A stretch of 5,809 nt of DNA from a virus. Lineage: Duplodnaviria > Heunggongvirae > Uroviricota > Caudoviricetes. The DNA lies in IMG/VR virus record IMGVR_UViG_2531839233_000007, one strand, 5' to 3'. A program made the position numbers and the translations under genes. Below the pieces are notes generated by a model, which saw nothing but the letters and a program-made list of their open reading frames with translations, ran no database searches and was not told where the DNA came from. Of the stretch, positions 5,566-5,809 are shown piece by piece (the first letter of the stretch is position 1; each line of letters starts with the position of its first letter).

Positions 5566-5737
5566 TTATATACCTACCAACCCACCCCGCCCCACAGAAC
5601 GCCGGGCAATACTTCGAGTTACCAGGCAGTGGTCAGGGGTTAAGTAGCCAGCCCGAGGCGTATGAACATGACGGCGGGATTCAAATTTTGCAGTGCAGCA
5701 GTTAGTTCCGCCACCCGGCGTTAAGGGGATAGATAAG

Positions 5738-5809
5738 ATGGTGCATTACTCAATCTTGGCAACAATGAATCTCTGGTGTGCGGAGTATTCCCCAACCACG
5801 ACGGCACGT
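5738..5809 (+). CDS. hypothetical protein, first 24 codons only (first gene of the operon leaving the repressor side; runs off the window end)
   Basis: ATG 5738 with AAGGGGA 9 nt upstream; frame open to the window end (MVHYSILATMNLWCAEYSPTTTAR...). Truncated, so family and reality are uncertain. Confidence 0.35.
   Translation, partial: MVHYSILATMNLWCAEYSPTTTAR

Noticed and set aside
5640-5700. tRNA-like T-arm (GGCGGGATTCAAAT)
   Set aside because: No complementary 3' stem half and no acceptor/anticodon architecture around it.
5487-5705. 72-aa plus-strand ORF downstream of the repressor
   Set aside because: Starts at GTG without RBS, spans the operator palindromes and the GC-rich leader, low-complexity translation; more likely non-coding.
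1-5809. CRISPR array, insertion sequence, integrase or attachment site
   Set aside because: No regularly spaced direct repeats, no transposase or integrase-like ORF, and no terminal inverted repeats visible in this window.

Overview
This window reads as the immunity and early-replication core of a lambdoid (Rac / CP-933P-like) enterobacterial prophage. A plus-strand short CI-type repressor (5031..5450, HTH only, no visible autocleavage domain) diverges from a tightly packed minus-strand operon: Cro/YdaS-like (4697..4951), YdaT-like CII analogue (4278..4700), O-like replication initiator (3412..4200), DnaC/P-like helicase loader (2659..3405), a 253-aa protein with two repeated winged-helix-like segments (1875..2636), a Ren-like protein (1437..1859) and several small nin-region-like ORFs. 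Most minus-strand genes have a Shine-Dalgarno sequence and short or overlapping junctions. Structure not explained by the coding track: (i) five sites sharing TGWAC-N5-GTWCA, three between repressor and cro-like gene and two about 100 bp downstream of the repressor; (ii) three copies of a 21-bp palindrome TGTAACGC-N5-GCGTTACA about 200 bp apart in and just upstream of the initiator gene, next to phased T-tracts, a candidate origin; (iii) an in-frame TAG splitting what may be one 161-aa ORF (108..593); (iv) GC-rich stem-loops at 1093..1108 and 4243..4264. I found no rRNA, tRNA, CRISPR array or transposase, and I cannot point to a self-evident novel defence system; the unassigned small genes left of 1900 and the 253-aa protein are the places to look. 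All family assignments are from reading the translations and from memory, not from searches.
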